A stretch of DNA of 64,000 nt, taken from positions 326,182,001-326,246,000 of the forward strand of contig OZ024743.1 of assembly GCA_964016885.1 (NCBI GenBank), written 5' to 3'. A program made the translations under genes and the position numbers. The stretch comes from Eledone cirrhosa. Its lineage: Eukaryota. Below the pieces are notes generated by a model. It worked only from the letters and a program-made list of their open reading frames with translations. It was not told the origin of the DNA and searched no databases. Shown piece by piece: positions 11,837 through 24,647 of the stretch (position 1 is the first letter of the stretch; every line of letters begins with the position of its first letter).

Positions 11837-14800
11837 TCATCATCATCATCATCATCATCATCATTTTACGTCCGCTTTTCCCTGCTTGCAAGGGTGGGAC
11901 GGGTCTTATTCAGCACAGCATCTCTCCACTCGTCACGGTCCCTCGTCATCTCCACCGTGAGCTTCAATGATCTGAGGTCTGTTCTCACCACCTCCGCCCA
12001 TGTTTTTCGTGGTCTACCTCTACCACGTCTTCCTTCAACTGGCATTTCCTGGCACTTCTTCACCCATCGGTCATCCTCCATGCGCATCACATGTCCATGC
12101 CACCTCAGTCTCCTCTCCCGTACACTACATTCTATCCCTCTCAGACACAGTTTCTCTCTCAACACATTTATGCTGGGTCATTCACGCACATTTACACTGC
12201 ACATCCAACGGAGCATGCTTGCCTCATTTCTCTCCAGCCGTCGCATATCCTCTGCGGTTGCTGCCCATGTCTCACTACCATGCAGCATCGCGCTCCTCAC
12301 ACAGGCATCATACAACCGGCCTTTCGTACGCAGGGAGTAACCCTTCTTCGTCAACAGAGGAAGCAGCTCCCTAAACTTCTTCCAACCCGTCCTTATTCTA
12401 GATACTATGGCCTCGGAACACCCTCCTCCCATGCTAATCTGATCTCCTAGGTACCGGAAGCTACCCACCACTTCTATAGCGCCCTCTCGCATTTGAAAAA
12501 TGTGTCTATCAGTGCGACTTCTACTGTCTAATTTCCCTGTACATCTACTGCATTCATATTTCTCCCTACCTGTTAGTTTGCCTGCTATCCCGCTACATCT
12601 CTTGTGTACCCAGGACCTGCATTGTGTGCATTTTATAGAATTTATGCCAGTTCCTTTTCTGCATATCGAACATGGCCATTTCCCTGACGGAATCAGGGTT
12701 TTGTCCTCTTTTATACTCATCAACACTTTTGTCTTAGCTAGATTTACTCTCAGTCCTCTTGCTTCCAACTGCTGTTTCCATAGCCGGAATTTATTCTCTA
12801 GCTCCTCTACTGATTCTGCTATAAGAGCCAGATCGTCAGCATAGAGAAGTTCCCATGGACAGCCAGTCTTAAACTCCTCTGTTATGGCTTGGAGGACTAT
12901 AATGAACAAGAGCGGGCTGAGGACCGAACCCTGATGTACTCCTACTTGTATCTGGAATTCCTCACTAAACTCCATTCCTACCCTGACTTTACTGAGAGTA
13001 CCTCTGTACAAAGTTTGCACTGTCCTCACAAGCCATTCCTCAACACCTAGCTTCCTTAGGGACCACCAGATGACAGATCGGGGTACCCTATCAAAGGCCT
13101 TCTCTAGGTCAACAAAGGCTAAGTATAGTGGCTTATTCTTCTCTAAGAACCTCTCTTGCATTTGTCTTACCAAGAAGAGGGCATCTGTTGTACTCTTCCC
13201 AGGCACAAAACCAAACTGCATCTCATCTAGTTTGACCCTTTCTCTAATTAGTTGTGCTAAAATCCTTTCTGCCACTTTCATAACCTGATCTATCAGTTTT
13301 ATACCCCTATAATTGCTCCTCTCCAAAGCATCCCCTTTACCTTTGTAGCAATTTATGAGAATACTGCTGCACCAGTCTTTGGGTATGACACCACCATATA
13401 TAGCCTGATTGATGATGCGTGCAACCAGTTTAGTGCCTACGTCCCCTGATCCCTTCAGCATCTCAGCAACTATTCCCGATGGTCCGGCCGCCTTACCATT
13501 TTTCATTTCCCTAATCGCCTCTTGGACCCTATATTTGTCAATCTCAATAGCTGGTCCCTCTGTCGGATCTACCAAGGGTAATTTCTCTCTCTCCCATTCG
13601 TTCTCCACATTCATCAGTCTCTCATAATGACATTTCCAGGCCTCCTTTTTCTGGTCATTCGTAACACTAAGTACACCGGCATCATCCCGGACACATTTAT
13701 CTCCAACAACATCCTGATTTGCATTGACACACTGCCTTGCAATGTGGAACACCGCACGCCTCTGATCTTCCCATGCAGAACATTGGCAAACCTCCTACTC
13801 TCTGCCTCCCTGCGTGCTAAGTACACCTGACGTCTAGCTTCTCACTTAGTGGCTGTATATTCTTCCCTACTCCCACCCTTTTTCCAAGCCTTCCATGCTA
13901 GTCTTTTGTCTCTAATAGCCTTATCTACTGTGCTATTCCACCACCAGGTCACTCTGTCTGGTTGGAGCTCTGCTCCAGCCACAGGTTTCATCAGTAGCCT
14001 GCAGCAACCTGTCACGTAAGAACTTCCAGTTATTATCTATGTCATACGTCTCTAAATCGTCTTCTTTTTCGTCATATACATCTTGAAGGGCTTTCCTAAA
14101 TTTGTATTTTAGTGAAAGGTCTTTTAGCTTCCAGACCTTTCTTCTCCACACCTTCCTATATGTCTCATTCCATCTCTTGCTTACTGAGATATCACTAACA
14201 ACTAACCTATGCTGTAGGGTACATTCTTCCCCAGGGTATGCTTTGGTATTAGACACTATCTGCCTGTCCCGCTGCCTAACTAGCAGGAAGTCAATCTGGC
14301 TTATGTGCTCACCAGATATGTAGGTTATTAGGTGATTGGCAGGTTTCTGGAAGTTTGTGTTGCAAATAGTCAATGTACTCGCATCACAAAATTCAAGAAG
14401 TCTCACTCCTTCTTCATTTCTTGAACCGTAACTGTGCCCACCATGTACCCCAGTGTAACCATCCTGGAGCTGTCCAACATGACCATTGAAGTCTCCTGCT
14501 AGCATAACGATGTCTCCGTCCTCTGTCATTGTGGTTGTTTGCAAAAGTTGCTCATAAAAGCAGTCTTTCTCATCTTTGCCTAGGCCTGCTTGGGGAGCAT
14601 AGACCGAGATGATTGTCAGTAGTCTCCTACCTACAACTAATCTAAGCTTAATTATTCGATTACTAACTCGAACTACCTCTATTGTCTTATTGATCCATTT
14701 CTCAGCCAGGAAAATGCCTACTCCCCTAACCCATCATCCTTACCTACCCAGAATAGCTTATAGCTAAGACGCTTGCCTACGACTAGTCTCGCAGAGGCAT

Positions 14801-15020
14801 CTCTCCATCTCACCTCTTGCACGCAGCACACATCCACCTGCCTTCTCTCCAGCATCTCCACTATTTCAGCAGATCTACCTCTGAGTGTGCCAACATTAAG
14901 TGTTGCAACTCTGAGATGCGACGTCTTCATATTTTGTTGTTGTTCCTATGCTGTTTTGTTGCTGTGCTGATAAGCGTTTTGGCATTGATACACTGGTTGG
15001 ATGCCCTTCCTAACACCAGT
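11837..15020 (-). mobile_element. RTE-clade LINE, family B copy 2, near full length (short 5'UTR, APE-RT-PHD ORF with about 3 frameshifts and 1 stop)
   Basis: ATG at 14930 (MKTSHLRVATLNVGTL...CVQEVRW), GDFNGHVG, SQIDFLL, 524-aa RT ORF with LYADD and PHD, C-terminal GRPRKTW, (GAT)n tail at 11837-11864. Confidence 0.97.
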
Positions 15021-16654
15021 AATTTTATATGTAATAATTTTATATGTAATAATTTATATGTAATAAATAATATAATATATACTATATATAAATAAATATA
15101 TATTTTACTATATTTATATATAGAATGTGTCATTTGATATTTAATATACTATTATATCATCTCTACTGCCCACCACCCCCTTAGGCCCCAGCGCCCCCTG
15201 GACCTTCTCGACGCCCCTCCCCACCTACCCCCGGGTAGGGGACACTTTGAGAAACTCTGATCTAATACAAAACAAGTTATTACAATTGTGATTAAAAAAG
15301 AGCAGTTTTTTTCCGTGTTTAAAAAAAAAAAATCCTATTCTCCAGATGCATTATGTATTCTTGACTAATTAAATCAATTAAGTTTGTGTAAGTGACATGA
15401 GCTCACTATGAAATTGCTGTTCCCATTTTTAAGTGATATGTGCTCATTTTGAAATCATTCTCATTTTGATCTGACATTCACTTTGGAATCATTATTCTTA
15501 CTTTGAACTGATGTCTTCACTTAAAATTACAACTACTGAGGTAGCTGGAGCGGTGTTTAATTGATTTTAAGTCTTATAGAAGAGAAGATATGATGCGGTC
15601 AAGTAGATAAGATAATATTATATTATCTATTAGTGGGTTACCAGTTCAAATCTATTGTAGCTGCTGATGTTTCATTGTATTTCTGGGGATTCAGAAACTA
15701 TATTCTATTTTTGATTTTCTTACTTAGCTGTCTGTTACCTAATGGTCTGGAGTAGATTTCTCACTCATCCACTTCATATCATGCAACTAACTGGAGCTAA
15801 ATACCAACTCTACTAATCTTAGAGATATTTGTTTTTAGCAGCAGGTAGGGACAAAGAGGAAAAAGTTTATTTTTTGCAGACCTGTCTGAATCATGCCAGC
15901 AAACTTATGTATAACTGTGGAAGTGAAATAAATATAACTGGAAGTGAAGTGAAGATGAATGTTTATTCCTATTATAACATAGTGACATTTTAAAACCGTT
16001 TTGATACCAAACTGCCTAAAATTGCCTTTAGTTCTGTGATGAAATTCTCCATTTTAAAATGTTTATATTAAAAACTTCCATCATAATTTTATATGATATT
16101 CTTGTATTATGTTCTAAGCATCAACTTAATGAAAAAGTTATTTTTGGATGTTTTCAATATTAACTAAAATACATTCAATGTATCTCATGAGCAATATGGT
16201 AATAAAAGGGTTAATCATCTTTACCTACAATTTGTAGTAAATTGAAAATGAAGTAAAGAAGAATGAAGTGGGAAATACTCATCAGAATAAGCTTGCTGTT
16301 CTGATGTTGATCTTTACTTGAAAATGAAAGCAAACTAATATTGATTCAGATAATAAACCAAACTTGCATCATGTTCTATTTTAGCTACAACATTGAAAAA
16401 TGCTATTCTCTTAGTTGATAGTACCAGCCCCTATCCCACCGTTCATTATAGTAGGTTGTTACATATACTAATTAACATATGGCTAATCAATTTGTTGTTG
16501 CCTTAACCCTTTTGATATCAACCTGCTCCAAACCACCTCTAGTTCTATGTACAAAATTACCCATTTTAAAGCATTCCTAATTAAATTAAACCATTCCAGC
16601 TTAATTTGATATACAAACCTTTTGTTGTGTCACAATTGCCATTTGATAATGAAA

Positions 16655-16834
16655 TAATTGTTTCTACTTTAGGCACAAGGCCAGCAATTACCCAGGGCAT
16701 TACTGGTACTTTATTTTATCGACCCAGTAAAGATGAAAGGCAAAGTCAACCTCGGCGGGATTTGAACTCAGATCGTAAAGGGACGTAACTATGCTGGAAA
16801 GCATGGCATCCGACCCTCTACTGATACTGCCAAT
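16655..16834 (-). mobile_element. Meta/MESC-core SINE (tRNA-like head with B-box gttcaaatcc)
   Basis: B-box, then tttgcctttcatc...ggtcgataaaataaagtaccag core, then tagaaacaatta end. Flanked by a duplicated aatgaaataat. Confidence 0.85.
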
Positions 16835-17278
16835 GAAATAATAATTTTAACAAATCCCTCCAAATTTTTCACTAATTAATCCAGTTACATTAAATTTCAT
16901 TAAAAATATAGAGAAGTTAATTTTCTGTGTTTGACTGGTCATTGTCATTACACTGCCCACTTCACATTATATATAATTCCTGGTTGAAGAATAATTGTTT
17001 ACATTAAAATGGTGCAATATGTAACAGTTGTAGAGTAGCTACTGATTATAGATTAGTTTGTCTGCAGTTCCACTGATGAATATCATGGAATTTTGCAGCA
17101 TCACCTTTTTTTTTTATTATTTTAGTAATCCTAATGCTAAAGTGGGCCAACAACTCTAACTGATAAAAGTAGATCCAGTCAATAATTTCTTTGTAATAGA
17201 GCTTGATTTGTATAGTTCTTGGTTTGAATTGAAATTCTGTCAATTTGATCTTTTTTATCCATACTCCTTGACAGACAC

Positions 17279-17497
17279 TTAACCCTTTAGCATTTGAACT
17301 GGCCGTATCCGGCCAGAGTTTTTTTCACCTTTTTCTTTTCATACCAGCCGTAACCAGCTGCTCACACTGATGTTAAAGTATTGTTCTCAAAATAAATATC
17401 AAAATCTCTTAGATTCGATATCATGTGTGATAATTATGTGAGGAAAAGCCTTTACCACAATAGTATATGTAGAATAATGCAAATGCTAAAGAGTTAA
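17279..17497. mobile_element. TTAA MITE family 1
   Basis: ttaaccctttagcatttg ... caaatgctaaagagttaa. Confidence 0.85.
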
Positions 17498-19111
17498 CAT
17501 GAAAAACACTCCTACGACTTTCTTCAAATAATTTTTCAAATAATCAAGGATCTATAGGGATGTAGTAATGTAACTAACTTTCTCATTATTAAGCTCTTGT
17601 GTAGAACATAACTTAAAGGTTCTAACATAAAATTATGATGGAAGGGTTTTAGATAAATATAAACACTTTAAAATAAAGTTTTGTAGCATTGAAATGAACA
17701 GTTTCAGGTGGTTTGTTATCCAAAAGATTAAACAGCAACCCACATTTTTATCTTGAAATCAGTTTAAAATTTAGCAATCTGTTCTTTCTTTTCTTCCTAT
17801 CTCCAATCCTAATTGGAAGTACTGCTTTCTAGTAAATTTCTAGGTTGATGAGTGCAATAGTTCCAATTGCAATTTTCATTTGTAATTTCCTAAGAGGACA
17901 AGGCACTTTTATGTTGAGTGTAAATTAGAGATGGGGGATGTTATGCATTATATATGTTTACATGTTTGTAATTTATATTGTTTTCTTTTCTGTAAAGTGG
18001 TTGGTGATAGGAGGGGCACCCAGCCATAGAAAACTTGTCAAACAAAGGGACTGAGAGGACTTGTCAGCTGTGCCAGAGACATGGAAACCTACCTAGTGCT
18101 GGTGCCATGTAAATGTACTTGGGGCACTCTGTAGCGAGAGAGAATGAGTGTAGGAACATATGTAGATGAGATGCAGCCTCCAGAGGTCTGTAGCTTCAAT
18201 TAAGTACTGACTTGGTCTGTGATGACTTGTTAAATAGCTTGGAACCCTGTCTGATGGACTACACGTAATTCAAAGAGACAACCTTATCACATTCTGTGTC
18301 ATACTGAATCTCACTGAGAGTGTTAGGTAAACATCCTGTACCACATGAAACCACTCTTAAAAAGTACAAAGTAGTACTATGATTGCGTCACATTCAAAAT
18401 TAAAGTTTACCACAGATTTTCACAATGGTCTGTCCTCCAATAAAGATATAAGCATTTGAATTAAAAACCTACTTTTAGATATTTTCTACTATTGTTAAAA
18501 GTTAATTTCATGAATAGGCTGACTCATTAATTGATCAACTGGAACACTCAATATTTAAAGGAGGTACAGTCCATGTACAGTCATCTAGTGATTGACTTAG
18601 TGTATTGGTTATATTTTCAAAAACAATTTTTGTGTTCTTAAAAACAATAAGAATATTAATTTTATGGATATCTTATTGTTTACAGAGAAAGAAATAATTA
18701 AGGTGAAATAGGGAGAGTTCTGAAGGATTATATATTGGATAGGGTATATTTATGTTATGATTGTGGGGGTGAGAGGGAAAAAAAGGCAGTTAAAAGAAAC
18801 AATTTCTAGAAAGGTTTTATGTATTTCAAAAGGTTTCTTCAAGGGTCTTTCTTTTTGCTACATATATAGCTCCCAGTACCTGCTATAAAGGATATGAAGT
18901 TGTAGAAACCAAGCCAAAATGGAGTGCCTGAGCAGGATGTGGTCATCTGAACTGTCTGGCTTCAGCAGGCGACAACCCTGTTAACCCATGCAAGCATGGA
19001 GAATAGACTTAAAATTGTGATGATGATACAGTACCAATATTAGTATATGAACTGGTGTCTGTTTGACACGCTTTCAGTCCAGATAAGCTTCGACTATGAA
19101 TTCTTTTCAAC

Positions 19112-19316
19112 TTTTAACATCCTGTACCGCATGAAACTACATTAGCTAGACATACTTGAAAAGTACAAAGCAGCACTATGATTACACCACATTATATATT
19201 AAAGTCTTTACACTAAAACTTTAAATTTCCGCAACAGTCTAATTATTAATAAATGAATTAACAAATTTCGTTTTTAGATATTTTCTGCTAAATCATTACG
19301 GGATATTAGAAGTTAA
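19112..19316. mobile_element. TTAA MITE family 3
   Basis: ttaacatcctgtaccgcatg ... tacgggatattagaagttaa. Relatives near 18330-18505, 20150-20586, 35900-36115, 49605-49823 and 58284-58502. Confidence 0.65.
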
Positions 19317-19414
19317 TGAAGGACAAAGGAGATGATAGGAATTCTACTTGAATTACTGTAATAGATCAACTCATGATCATTTGAATTAACAAACCTGTTT
19401 TAGACACATTTTGT

Positions 19415-19630
19415 TTAACCCTTTAACATTTACATTACTCTATATTTACTATTGTATTTTTGTGCTAAACACTTTATCTTACATAGTTTCGAATCTAAGA
19501 GATTTTGATGCTATTTATTTTGAGAACAATACCTTAACATAAGTATAAGCAGTCAGTTATGGTTGGTTTGAACAGAAAGAGGTGAGAGAATTCTGGCCGG
19601 ATACGGCCGGTTTAAATACTAAAGGGTTAA
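19415..19630. mobile_element. TTAA MITE family 1 (opposite orientation)
   Basis: ttaaccctttaacattt ... aaatactaaagggttaa. Confidence 0.85.
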
Positions 19631-20278
19631 TTGTTACAGAATGTTAAAAGTTAAACAATTTCAGTCTTTCATTGAATATTTTCTTCTTACTTTATAACAT
19701 TCATTTCTCTTTTATGCTAGTTTGGGTTTCATGCTTTGGCAAATTTAGATAATTCGTTTTCATCTGGATTCCCTTTAAACAATATAATTACTAACCAGCT
19801 ACAATTAAATTAGAGTAGCAGCTATTTTCAGCTAGGCTGGATCAATGTGGGTTAAATAATGTAGTTTGTTTTAAGGATTGCAACACAAAAGACTAATAAA
19901 TTTTCATCTCACAATCACAGAATTAGTTTTCCAATAACATACAACCATTATAGATATAAAAAAAATTCTCTTTGAGTTTTGCCAAAGGTAAATTTCCAAT
20001 TAAAACTCATTTACAAAAGAAAAAAAATTAATCTTATTTCTGGCAACATCATAATGTTTTTATTTATTTATTTTTATAAATATTTTTATTTGTATATTTT
20101 CATTTCATTTCTATAATAAATCAATGTATATTATTATAGCTTGTAAGTCTTAACATCCTATTATATAATAGAAAATATATAAAAACATGTTTGTTGCTTC
20201 AAATGTTTACTATATCTTTACTAGTCGACAGAACGTTGTGAAAATTTTCAGTGTTAGGCAGACAATAGTCAGAAGACT

Positions 20279-20494
20279 TTAACCCTTTAGCATTCACATT
20301 ACTCTATATAAACTATTATATTTTCATGGTAAAGGCTTCATCTCCCATAATTATCTGACATAATATCGAATCTGAGATTTTGAAATTATTTATTTTGAGA
20401 ATAATACCTTAACATCAGTTTGAGCAACCGGTTACAGCCAGTTTCAACAGAAAGAGGTAGAGAACTCTGGCCGGTTTGCACATTAAAGGGTTAA
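20279..20494. mobile_element. TTAA MITE family 1 nested in a family 3 MITE (20150-20586)
   Basis: TIRs with TTAA on both sides; the two flanks rejoin into a family 3 MITE. Confidence 0.8.
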
Positions 20495-21350
20495 TTTGTA
20501 ATGTTATGTAGTCATAGTGCTGTTTTGTACTTTTGAAGAATGTCTTGCCAATGCAGTTTCATGTGGTACAGGATGTTAGGAGCTAACAATGTTAACTGAT
20601 TATTATTGAGTCCAGCAATTTTAAATATTATCTTTACCAATGTTTAAGGTTTGTTTCATAAACCATTTATTTCTTTTTGATACCAGAGGATAGGTTTGCC
20701 AGATTATAGAAATAGGTTTAATGAGTATATTTGAATAAAGAAAATAAAATATTAAAAAGCAAGCAATAAAATAGAGAGAGAGAGTGAGAGAGAGAAAGCC
20801 ACCAGTAGGAGTGAGTGTGGGACATTCCTGTTCTTTAAATGGTGTATTTCAGAGTTCTTACGATTCCTAGTATTTTATTTTAATTTTATTGATTTCATTA
20901 AAAAATAAAAAATAAATGCAAATAATTAACGAAAAGTATTTTTCATAAAAGAATTATGTGAAAGCAAAAATCAATATGGCATGCACACACATGTGCACTC
21001 AAACACACATGCATTCACTCAAACATATGTCCACAGTCAACCACGGATGTGTATTCAGACAAGCGTGCATGCACTCAAACTCATGTATGCACTCAAACAC
21101 ATGCCTGCACACACACACACACACATACATGCACACAAACACACATGCAAATACATGTCATCTGGTATTGTCTTCAAGAAAAGTCATTTTGATCTATTTT
21201 ATACTGTTTTGTGAGGGTTAGCCTCATATTTCATTGATCCCGTTTTCAACGAAACCACTAAGTGACAGGACATCAGCACAAACAAAGATGGCCACACTCA
21301 CACCATATATCTTACTAGCAGACGGTGGGGAAGCTGTTAAATGATGTTGA

Positions 21351-21352
<2 letters not shown>

Positions 21353-21402
<50 letters not shown>
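21353..21402. repeat. (TA)n microsatellite
   Basis: Direct reading. Other long (TA)n tracts at 22915-22938, 24601-24644, 26075-26098, 39904-39950 and 40074-40104. Confidence 0.95.
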
Positions 21403-21403
<1 letters not shown>

Positions 21404-21409
<6 letters not shown>

Positions 21410-22914
21410 TAAACCCCTCTACTTAGCTTTTGTAGACCTGGAGAAAGCCTTTGACAGAGTCCCCTGCTCCATTATCTGGTGGGCTCTTAGAAAACTAGGT
21501 GTAGATGAATGGCTTGTGAGAGCTATGCAAGCTATGTATAAAGAAACAGTCAGTAAGGTTAGAATTAATAATGAATATTGTGAAGAATTTAGTGTAAAAA
21601 GTTCTGTCCTTAGCCCCTCCTATTTATTATTGCCCTTCAGGCTATAACAGAGGAGTTCAAGACCGGCTGCCCATGGGAACTCCTATACGCAGATGATCTA
21701 ACGCTCATAGCTGAATCAATGGCTGAACTAGAGAAGAAATTCGAAACATGGAAGCATGGCCTAGAATCAAAAGGCCTTAAAGTTAACTTGTCTAAGATTA
21801 AAGTTCTAGTATGTAGAAAGGAAAATAGGGCACAGGTGCCCTCAGGGAAATTGCCATGCTCAGTGTGTAGGAAAAGAGTAGGCAGAAATTTCATTTTATG
21901 TCCCAAATGCAAAGTATGGGTACATAAAAGATGTAGTGGGATCACAGGTAAACTATCTAAGAACGTAAACTTTATATGTGGCCAATGCTCAGGTGCAATA
22001 AGTAGCAAGTGTCCAAAGGATACTAGCTCCTTCCATTGCCCAGATGGTTCTATAGAAATAGTAGACACTTTCTGTTACCTGGGTGACGAAATCAGCAGTG
22101 GTGGAGGGTGTTCTGAAAGTACAGTAGCCAGAGTCAGAACGGGATGGAAAAAGTTGAGAGCTTATACCGCTGTTGGCCACAAAAGGTTTCTCTCTAAAAA
22201 TGAAAGGCAGATTTGATGATGCCTGTATATGAACAGCAATGCTACATGGCAGTGAGACATGGGCATTACGTGCAGAGGACCTGCGCAGACTGGAAAGGAA
22301 TGAAGCAAGCATGCTCCGTTGGATGTGTAATAGTAATATACGTGAACGGCAAAGCATAAATGAACTAAGTGAGAAATTAGGAATAAGAGGGATCAGATGC
22401 TGTTTACTTGAGAGAAGACTACGTTGGTATGGTCACGTGATGCGCATGAAAGACGACAGCTGCATAAAAAAGTGCAGGGTGATCAAAATTGATGGTAGTT
22501 ACGGAGTAGGTAGACCCAGAAAAAGCTGGGACGATCTGATAAATTCCGACCTTAAACACTAATCCACTACCCCTACCCTACCCTATCCTCCCACTCCCAC
22601 CAACACCACCCTCTCTCTGTAAAGTTGGTACCACAACATCCAGTACAAATAAATGAAATCGAGATCGTGTAGGTGTCACGACAAAAAAATCACAGTCCAC
22701 GCTGTAATGTGGCCATGTAGGTAACACGGTAAAAAGTTCCCAGTTCCACACTGTAAATGTGGTTGGTGTTAGGAAGGGCATCCAGCCGTAGAAAGCCTGC
22801 CAGATAGTCCTATATGAGCGAGACATGGTCACCCGACCAATCTTGCCTCAAGTGGGACAACTCCCGTCTAACCCATGCTAGCGTGGAAGATGGACGTTAA
22901 ACGATGATGATGAT
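21404..22914 (+). mobile_element. RTE family A copy 2, 5' truncated, lying within (TA)n
   Basis: Colinear with 1425-3046: RT C-half (LYADD), PHD, 3'UTR and (GAT)n tail. (TA)n on both sides. Confidence 0.95.
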
Positions 22915-23065
22915 TATATATATATATATATATATATAATTAGTATCAGTACTCTGAAATAGCGATGTATGTATAGTATATTTGATAATATGCTGTATGT
23001 TTATTTAAAACATTTTGAAGACCATTCGCTATGAGTTTTAAAGTAGTGACTATGTCACTTACTTT

Positions 23066-23155
23066 GTCTCGGCAAAAGTAAAGGGAAGCAACCGGCAACT
23101 GTTTCTCGTTTATTAACGGTTATCAAGATTGCTTATCCCTTGCTTCTGCCGAGAC
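23066..23155 (-). ncRNA. type I hammerhead-ribozyme-like fold (U3-A8 variant, degenerate cleavage triplet)
   Basis: Minus strand: long stem I (gtctcggcagaagcaagggataagcaatc / ggttgcttccctttacttttgccgagac), core UUGAUAA, stem II CGUU/AACG, then GAAAC-AGUU-GCC. Confidence 0.55.
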
Positions 23156-23843
23156 TTGTCGAAGTTGGATTCTTATAGAATTCCAGTGATGTTTAAGAGC
23201 TGATTATATATATATATCTGTCCAAGTGTAGATTTGTGACCATTTGCTTCTAACTGGTCAGTCTGCACATGTTGCCACTCTTCTACTGTTGTGGTACTTG
23301 TGAAGAAATAAATATCTGCACATAAAAATGGCAATGCGACGTGCTTGTGTTACACACATAGCACCCACTCCACCCCTGCAGCTGTGTGTCCTGTGACAAG
23401 CCAAAGCAAGATAACATGACAGTTATGAGGATCGCTTGTATTATTGTCATGGAGTTTAACATACATACACTAGCACTAGTTTCTTTAGTTTTTGTCAATC
23501 AAATTCCAATCACAAGGCATTAATCAAACAAGGCTATTATAGTATGTGATACTTGCCCAAGATGTCATGCAGTGAGATTGAACCCAGAACCACATAGTTA
23601 TGAAGTGAACTTCTTAAACACATAGCCATGCCTGTACCTGTTGGAATTTTTTTTTTAATGTTTTATTGATTGGAGATTTAAGCCTGCTCTGGCATATCCA
23701 CCTGGAATCTTGTGGTGGGTTGAAAGTGAGGAAGATTTGCATAAAATGTACATTAACAAAGACACATGCACATTATATACTCATGTACAAGTCACATCTG
23801 TTTTGAGTAATAAACAACCTGTGTGAACCTAGTTTAAAAAAAA

Positions 23844-23882
<39 letters not shown>

Positions 23883-24011
23883 GCTGCCTTATAAATACAT
23901 TTATAATGGAATTGCAACATATCTACTTGTACAACTTATACACAAGTATATAGGGAATATATATATTTTTTTATTGAAGGAATTTGCACTACATTTTATC
24001 ATAGTGACTGA

Positions 24012-24052
24012 CCAGTTTCATCTCAGTTGAGAATCAACTGAGATGAAACTGG
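24012..24052. repeat. perfect 19-bp hairpin, 3-nt loop
   Basis: ccagtttcatctcagttga-gaa-tcaactgagatgaaactgg. Confidence 0.95.
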
Positions 24053-24354
24053 AGCATTATAAAAGAAATAGCTTCAATCTAGATTTTAAATCAACTACTC
24101 ATTAGCACAGCTCACATCCTATTTTACCAAACACCAAGTAGCTTAATGGTTACTAATTCTTTGGCAGTTTTTCAATCTTGTCAAGCCAGTATTCAAGTAG
24201 CTGTAGTTTTGATAGCTTAGCTTGTTTAATTCTTAGTGTTACAGAAATAGGTAATATTTTCAAAGGTTTGATTTATCCTTATCTGAGCATCGTTTATCTA
24301 CTGCAATTATATATATCATTGATAATAAGTAACTTATTACAGAAAAGTGGATGT

Positions 24355-24480
24355 AAGCATGGGTATGTGGTTAAGAAAATCACTATGCAACCACAGTTCA
24401 GGGTTCAGTCCCACAGCATGGCACTTTAGCAATGTGTCTTCTGCCATAGCCTTTGGTTGACAAGTGTCTTGTGAGTTAAA
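24355..24480 (+). mobile_element. tRNA-derived SINE (CORE-like family), degenerate
   Basis: gtggttaag...ggttcagtccca...caatgtgtcttct..catagcc. Relatives on - at 23500-23640, 28020-28320, 49960-50230 and 54030-54315. Confidence 0.6.
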
Positions 24481-24594
24481 TAGCATTCAATACATTGGTA
24501 GAGTATAAGCATCTTTATTTTATATAGAAATAAGTTCTACAGATCTAGAACTGTTTTATATGAATGAAAATTCTAGTCCAGTGAGAAGTCATTT

Positions 24595-24644
<50 letters not shown>

Positions 24645-24647
<3 letters not shown>

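Noticed and set aside
12178-13752. 524-aa ORF as an active or domesticated RT gene
   Set aside because: It is a fragment of one longer ORF broken by upstream frameshifts and a CGA>TGA stop, so this copy is dead.
7459-13830. Many + strand ORFs overlapping RTE-B (also antisense ORFs over RTE-A and the CRE element)
   Set aside because: They are antisense shadows of retroelement coding sequence, with no independent motifs.
15165-15260. GC-rich patch as a promoter or CpG island for RTE-B
   Set aside because: It ends in cactttgagaaactctg, resembling a hAT MITE terminus, and is separated from the LINE by AT-rich repeats.
20958-21221. His/Thr-rich ORFs here and at 25159-25506, 26590-26787 and 50185-50448
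   Set aside because: Translations of (CA)n, (TG)n or (GA)n microsatellite-like DNA.
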